From assembly GCA_977862235.1 (NCBI GenBank), contig OZ374566.1, forward strand, positions 930,001 through 994,000: DNA of 64,000 nucleotides, in the 5' to 3' direction. Made by a program: the position numbers and the translations under genes. The stretch comes from Dudresnaya verticillata. Its lineage: Eukaryota. The stretch's first letter is position 1, and the number at the start of each line of letters is the position of its first letter. Below are positions 57,109 to 64,000 of the stretch, one piece after another. The notes beneath the pieces are model-generated. The model had not been told where the DNA came from. It saw nothing but the letters and a program-made list of their open reading frames with translations, and did no database searches.

Positions 57109-60021
57109 TTATCCAAAGTTCTCCTCTCGAAAAACAAATCGAACATTGCTGCCTTCGGACCTCAGGCGTTCGAGGTCCTCACCCATCGAAACTCCCAAGT
57201 CAGCAGCAAGCACATTATTGGGAACAGTTGTGAGGTAAGCACCACGTAAGTAGCTTGTAGCTTGAATCTTCATCAGAGCCTTTCGGATGGCGCTCGACAT
57301 TCCTTTAGGGCCGCAGAAAAATACTCCAACCTTCCCACCGCTTGGTGTTCTGTCTACAATAGTTTTGAAAATCTCATCCCACCTCGGACGACTGCAATAC
57401 AGGACTTTGACAAAAAGAATGTTAATTTCAGTGCGTTGCGCGTATCAACGATAAACGAAATGGCATAAAATTCACGTACCCGTAGTTGGTCGTAAGAGAT
57501 CCCTGGCTCCCAGGAGGCGACGGTTTTTGGTTTCCAGCTCTTTCCCTCGTAAGGAACCGGTGCAAGCGCAGCCGCGACCCGTCGGCAAGGTGCTCAAGTT
57601 CTTCTCGAAGCCAGGTATCATCACGCTCATAAGGAACCGTCCAAAAAAAATCCACAGCCCTTACCTTGTTGTGGCTCGAGTCCCAACAAGAGTCCGCCAA
57701 CAAAAGTCTGGATCCCATTACTCGATGAAGCCTGTATATAAGCAAGATCATAAGTAGAGGGGTAACCACAGCAAATTGAACAACTGGTGACACAAAGAAA
57801 ACCCCTTGACGTGCAAAGGAAGAATGAACTCCGCATGCAAGAGAAAGAGTTAGAAGAGGGACCAGAATAAAAACATCAACAAATCTTCCGTCCATCTGAA
57901 AAAAGCGTGTCCTATAGAAATATAACTCTGCACATAGCGAGGCCAATACGATAAGAACAATCAAGAGCCCTAATGAGAGGTCGACCACCGATACCCATGT
58001 CTCTCTGAACATGGTTGACCCTGAAAGAGAAAAAATCGACACGGACTTGAATATGGATGCCAAGGCCAATACCATTGTACGAGCCATCAAAAGCATAAAC
58101 GTTAGAATATTCACACTTATTGAGTGCAGGAAGTACAGCGCAGCTGCTCTCCGAGAAGTGAGCGTCTTTGCTTGAAAGAAGTTGGCCGCTTCGATTGCAT
58201 CTAAACTGACACTTGGTGCGTGAGAGATGCAGGCGTCCATGTGTGTGATATTCTTCGGAGTGTCCTTTTCTTTCGATTCACCAAGCTGAAGAGATACGCC
58301 ATCGTCTTGTTTTGAGGACGTATGTTTGAGATTCGGGGGAATGCATTTTCCAGCCGAGTTCTGCGGAAGGAAACTAGCCTCTGGAGAACTACATGCTGAC
58401 AAAACAATAGAGTTCTTCAACTTCCACGCCTCGACATCTGAAGAAAAAAACTTGCTTAGCGAATAAACCAACTCATTCGCGGTGTCCTCGTCATTCCAGT
58501 TGCCCACTTCTTCTATCTCTTGCTCGAAAAGCATATTTACGCGTTTCTTGAGTTCGATTTCTGCTTGCCCAACAGGGACAGAATCACTCGACACAGGTAA
58601 TTCCGGGCTAGTACGCTCAACGATCTCGTGGTGCAACTGTTTGCAGATAGCACAAAAGGGAGTGGCTCCGACTCCGCCAGAAACAAGCACTACTCTTTGG
58701 AACCCGCCCACGTGTTGGGCAGGAGCGCCAAATGGACCCCTGACTTGTACAAGGAGCGGATTCGTGAGTCTCCTCTGTATTCTATCTCTGAACTCACGTT
58801 GGAGTTGTTTTGTCCAGTCCCCTACCGCCTTGACATAGAAGCACATTTCTTGCTCGCAAGGAGCAGAAGCAATTGTAAAGGCTGATCACCCCGGGAGAAC
58901 CATAGGCATAGGGAGTCCAGGATGGAAACAAGAGCAACAATAATCACAGTCATGTCAGACTTGGAATTCGTCGAAGAACCTCACAGGTAGGACGTGCATG
59001 GGCCCGAATCAAAAGGATACATACGATGCCATTCAAACCTGTTGATAGACGATACCTTGATTTCTGCAGTACTCAAGAAGATTGGAGGCATAAGACAAGC
59101 GCATTAGGTATTCATAAGCTCGTATTGCGGAACGTAACGGGTGCCGGAGAGGAAGAACATACCAGCGTACTGTCCAGCTCGAAAGGAGAATAATTTAGGG
59201 ACTCTCAAGCGGAGAACGTCTACCCCATCCAGAACCGAATCTCGTCCCGACAGCTGTAGTTCAGTTTTGGAGACCTTGAAGCGTCTCGCTAATCGGTCTA
59301 GCGCGTAAACAGCAAGAGGGCCGCTGATCCACTTGTACGTATACGGCACGCCATTGTACACACCGTGAATGAACAAGAGGGCGAAGAACATGAAGGCCCC
59401 AATATTATGCAGAGCATAAAACGTTCGGAACGTTCTCTGGCGCACGCATGGAACCGAAGAAATTACCATCGCCAATAATACCGCAGTTAGAAGTAGTCCA
59501 GTCGTAACACACATGTTGACACCCCACAATCCACCGCCCCAGCCGCTCCAAATGACTATCCACACGAAATGAAACGTGCCATGAAGAAGGACGGCACCTG
59601 TGATAACATAACCCACAGCAATGTGGAATTGTGGGAAGCTCTTGTCGAAAGGAATTACCAGGTTGAGTGGAGTGTCGCGAATCGTTGTGAAGGTCAAACG
59701 AGCGGCAAGCATGATGACCAGTGCACAGTTCATGTTCAGAACATAGCCGCACCCGCGAGCGACTGCAATGATCCATCGTTTTCTCAGGGTTTTGGTATGC
59801 ATGAACTCTTCCCGAGCACCCCACACAAAAATAAGAGCATTCGCGCATACGAAGGTTGAGAGGAAGAGGATAACGAAACCATGAGCTGAAAGGAAGCTTT
59901 CTAGCTTCGCGTGCCATTGTTGGTGGATAAACAATTGTTTTCGTGTGCGCAACCTTCCCGAAAGAATCTGTTCGGAAGCTTCTTCTTCGTCTTCCTCTCT
60001 GCTGGAAACCACACGCTCCAT
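57109..60021 (-). CDS. RBOH: Respiratory burst oxidase homolog (NADPH oxidase), red-algal type; exons 60021-59163, 59063-59025, 58881-57480, 57391-57109 (860 aa)
   Basis: Heme-ligand helices FHIAVG...LHGTFH and LHNIG...IHG; splicing restores GQYA-EIKVSSINRFEWHPFTIAS; VGDWT, GPFGAP, GGVGATPF, GRPRW, GVFFCGP, FREENFG; exons total 2583 nt. Confidence 0.92.
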
Positions 60022-60364
60022 ATTCCAGTTTCCCAACACTGTTAGTTGAGCCCACAACGCTGACGTTCTGGGTAGCACCAAGGCCTTTCGAAAAAGGATA
60101 GCATAGCGGGTCGAGCATGAACGGGTGACATGCACTCACTTGGACACGGACACGGAACATTACCTGAAGTGCTCTAAGTGACGCCGCAACGGGCAGCGAA
60201 TGTGAGATGTGCGGCTGTGTTGTCACATTCGCGGGAGAAAAATGCAGGCGGGCAGTCGATGCAGCATTTTACTGTTGACATCTGATGGATTAAGTCTATC
60301 CCAGTTGTGCCAAAATGCGGTTGAAACGGTAGGAATGCAATCAAATTTTGTCTGTTTTTCGCTT

Positions 60365-60365
<1 letters not shown>

Positions 60366-60398
<33 letters not shown>

Positions 60399-60408
60399 GG
60401 GGGGGGGG
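60366..60408. repeat. Poly(G) tract (G32-T-G10)
   Basis: Seen directly, about 345 bp upstream of the RBOH start. Confidence 0.9.
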
Positions 60409-61304
60409 TCCTGTGAGAGCAAAATACTTCTATTCCAGCGTCCTGTTCAACGAGTTCTACTTTCAGCAACAACAGAATCGACAAGTAGGTCAAAGTCTCG
60501 ACTCAGCGATGGTGCAAGGCGCGGCATGCCCCGCAGCTGCACACAATCACAACAGAAGGATTCATTTCAAGGGAGAGGAATCACTACTGAAGCGCATACT
60601 CCCTTAGCCATTGCCCTCATGTATATATACTAAAGAGCAGTTTAAGGATATCATAAGCGCCAGGTACATTCGGAGATGGGCACCTTGACAAATGCGTGCT
60701 TCGGGTAATGCGGACGCATTTACTGCTACAAACAGCTGGTACGAATGTTTAGCTGTGTGTGGACGAAACTTTACCAGCAGATAGTGTAGAAAACATAACA
60801 TAAGGACAACTCCTTGTATGTTCGAGATTCGGTTAAATATCGAACCAACTCGAATCACTTCCTCGCCGTTACATGAGCAACATTGTTTTGATATTAAGCA
60901 TCGAACAGGTCAGGATAGGGAGTGAAGTAAAATTGGTATTGTGCTCTAGATACCTTCGACCGTACCTCCACCTTGATGATATTCGAGATCCAACTGTACC
61001 GTTTGGACCTCGCCTACTTGATTTAGAATTGACAGCCACACAAATATGTCTTTCTGACCACTGATAGTAGAACTGTGAAGCAAAGCCTTTCCACGTTGAT
61101 GAACTCATGGAAGGAGATGTGCAATGAGGTCTACTATTTTTCTAGATCGACAACGTGGTCTACCTTCGTCTAATTAATGCTGGCTGAAGTCTTCATTCAA
61201 AATCCTAAAGATGGCCTACTGCCTGCTGCTACCTGCGCAAAATTGTCGTAGTTCCTTCGAAATAGATTAACTTCTCGAGCAATTTGAAGTTTCTCGCGTG
61301 AATG

Positions 61305-61515
61305 ACCCTAGCAGTTCAGTTGACTCAAGCAGACTTTCTATTTTCCGCACACTTGAGAAGCTCTCCATCCCACATCATTTGCGACAAAAGCCTCTACAGC
61401 ATTTTGACGCTTCTCATTACAACAACCCTAGCAGTTTACTGAACCAGAGTTTCGATTTTTCCGCACACTTGAAAGCTCTCAGCTCACGCAATTCGCGACA
61501 ATCTCTTTAGCATTT
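61305..61515. repeat. Degenerate tandem duplication, period about 120 bp
   Basis: accctagcagtt...ttttccgcacacttga.aagctctc...gcgacaa...agcattt occurs at 61305-61404 and 61425-61515. Confidence 0.75.
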
Positions 61516-64000
61516 ATCGCACAAAACATCTGATCTTAACAGCGAGCAATAAGCACTGTTTAACTGATGCGGCTGGCAAGCATACGAAGCTCCGAATGGA
61601 GATGAAAAGCTGCTTGCGGTGGGTTTCCGCTGTTGTGGGAGACACTTCGAACTGTCAACTTCAGGAATGCAGCGGACAACTATAATTACCGCGACTGTGA
61701 GCACTCTCACGAACCAAAAAAGAAAAGGCATGAGGTAAAAAAAAACAAAGCAATAAATGCACGCGTCTGGCCTGACGAGGACTGACAAAATCGGGCTCTG
61801 TAAGCCCTCAGTATGCTTTTAGCGGGTATGTCGGACACCCTGTCGATACGGCAACGAACACCCTGGGCGTGTGGAACCGTTAGACTCCACACCCTGACCC
61901 ACTCATTCGGGATTCCCCTTTTTTTTGCTGCCGGCATGCACTTGCACGGCAGAGTGCGGTGTACGACGGCGAGTCAATCCTCACGACTCCCCGCAGGAAA
62001 GGAACCACTTCGCAGCAGGCACATAGACATGACGGTTGCGCATTTAGCAGCTCTTGGTTAAAGTCTCCGGTCTTCATAGGAGCAACAGGGTAGTCTGAAG
62101 CCTTTCACTGTTCTCGCTTTCATATTGGAAAGCTCAGGAGCGTTTCTATTGAAGAACCTTTCATCCCAACCTTTCTTACTTGCCAAGTTGGCCAAACCAG
62201 CTTCGTCTAAAGCACGGTCAAAGTCGGAATGAGTATACCCGTGATACTACGACAGTAGGTTTGGCGCGAAAAGAATAACGCTTTCTCTCTTTTCGGAGAC
62301 CTCGGGAGACGTTTGTACCTACGAAGGAGTTAAACCCACCAACTCCGCAACCTGAACTTCAAGAGTGTGTAGCGTCTCGAAGGCGTTGGAAGACACTTGA
62401 TGTGTATAAAGTGTAGTTGTTTGACTCGCAGGATCGCGGGATTGTTCAAGTTAATCGCAGCGCCGTCGGTGAGCTCTGGAGGGAATCCGCAGCTGTTTTG
62501 CACGCTTGCAATCGCCTGGGTGTAACTGTAGGTATCAAGAGACTTGCCCTATACTTAGAACGGAATAATCTTCAATGCCGCTGTTCTATTTGCGGGCTGC
62601 ACACCACTCGCGACTACATTTGTTGTGTCTACGTGATGGCAAAAATGGACGAGATCGTGCTGCTGGTGACACAATCGCCTGTCAGTACCGCTGGACTGTA
62701 CTGTACCTCCGTGTCGCGCGCACTCAGCCGCAGCGTTTAGCGAGTGAAGCAGTTTGCTCTTCAAACGGTTCCTTCGTGAAGTTTTCCGGCTGCACAAAAA
62801 TAAAAGATACAAGTGGTGCCGACAGCAAGTGTAGCACAGTGCTTTCGCTCGCCATGTTACGTGTCTAGCCATTTTTTCTACGCATCAGAATTCTTTTTTG
62901 TCTCGGGACTGCTCTCGCAGCAAATGCTGTCGTGTTTCGAGAGTGCACAGTGCCCGGCGCGCCGCGCGCTTTCTAAAGCTGGGAGTAGGTCGCCGGGAAT
63001 GTTTGCCTACGACCGTACCACAACCACAACCTTTGCGTAATCTTCGGGTAGGAACGGGCCGAAGCTGCAACAGAAGCCTTGCCCTGGTGTACTGGTGTAC
63101 TACTAGCTGTGGGTTGCAATTCAAGTTCATTGGTGAATGGCTGTGCATGCCTTTCCTTCCCGTTAAAAAGGGGAAAGAAGGACAGCACAAGCCTGGATGT
63201 TTCTGCATGAGCACCTTCTCCGCGACTTGAAAATTGCAAACAGGTATGAGGGCCAAGCTGCAGACGCAACTTGAGATTGATCCTCAGTACTTCTCACGCA
63301 ATCAAGCGAATACAACACAGTGAGACAGACACTGTCCTAATTCGAGCACGCTTCGAGCGTGTTGTGCGTTTGTTGTTGCTACATCACATCCGCTGAGAAA
63401 ATATTCCATAAACTGGTAGAGCCCCTCGTGTGGGACATAGTAGAGATATTAAAGGACGGTGTCAAATCGATTCACAATGCTGCAGTCATCTATAACACGC
63501 ATCTCGGATCATATTTGCAAAAGCGTTGAAAGTACAGTAAGTGTGTTTTTGCTTCTGGGTGGTATTGGACAGACTGATAAAGGTAGTGGCAGGGCCGAAT
63601 CTAAGTGTAGTCAACCGTCTTCCACACCCGCGTGGGTCCGATGAACCATTGATCTGTTGGATCATCAATAGTTATTATCCAAGTTTGATTTAAGTGTTTT
63701 GTGGCGAATAATGGTTGGAGAGATAACGTTTGTTCTAGACGCTGCAGATTAGCTGTTAAAAAGCTTGTTAACGACGAGTCACCTGACTTCAACAGCACAG
63801 AGAGCAGGCTGCCCTGAAAGGAGGGTAGGGGGGTTGCATAGGAATAGGCAAGGTTCTTGAATGCCATTTCTTGAAAGAAATATTAGTAGTAACTATTCCG
63901 GGCTTCACAGAAAGTTGCGGTTCCTAGTGGCTGGCATTGTTAAACACATCCCCGAGCTGTTTGTGAGTGCAGAGCGTGCGGTTCGTCATATTATGTTATG

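Overview
Eukaryotic nuclear DNA. The compact, mostly intronless genes, short GT-AG introns, plastid-type N-terminal extensions and an RBOH with red-algal architecture point to a florideophyte red seaweed (Chondrus/Gracilaria-like); this is an inference. About 21 protein-coding genes can be supported, four of them with exon structures I worked out by hand (YIPF6-like, FdC2-like, RHD3-like, RBOH). The most striking gene is an uninterrupted 1133-aa ORF fusing enoyl-CoA hydratase, 3-hydroxyacyl-CoA dehydrogenase and 3-ketoacyl-CoA thiolase, ending in a PTS1 signal (SRL). Other unusual items: an RHD3/Sey1-like GTPase whose transmembrane hairpin is replaced by a beta-strand-like tail ending in Phe; a RING-less duplicate of a membrane RING-H2 ligase bracketed by ~72-bp direct repeats; a bacterial-looking 4-TM protein; a ThiE-fold protein with altered active-site residues; a Sel1+ARM repeat protein; and poly(C) tracts on the sense strand upstream of several genes. 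I found no convincing tRNA, rRNA, CRISPR array or intact transposon. All family assignments come from motif recognition, not database searches.
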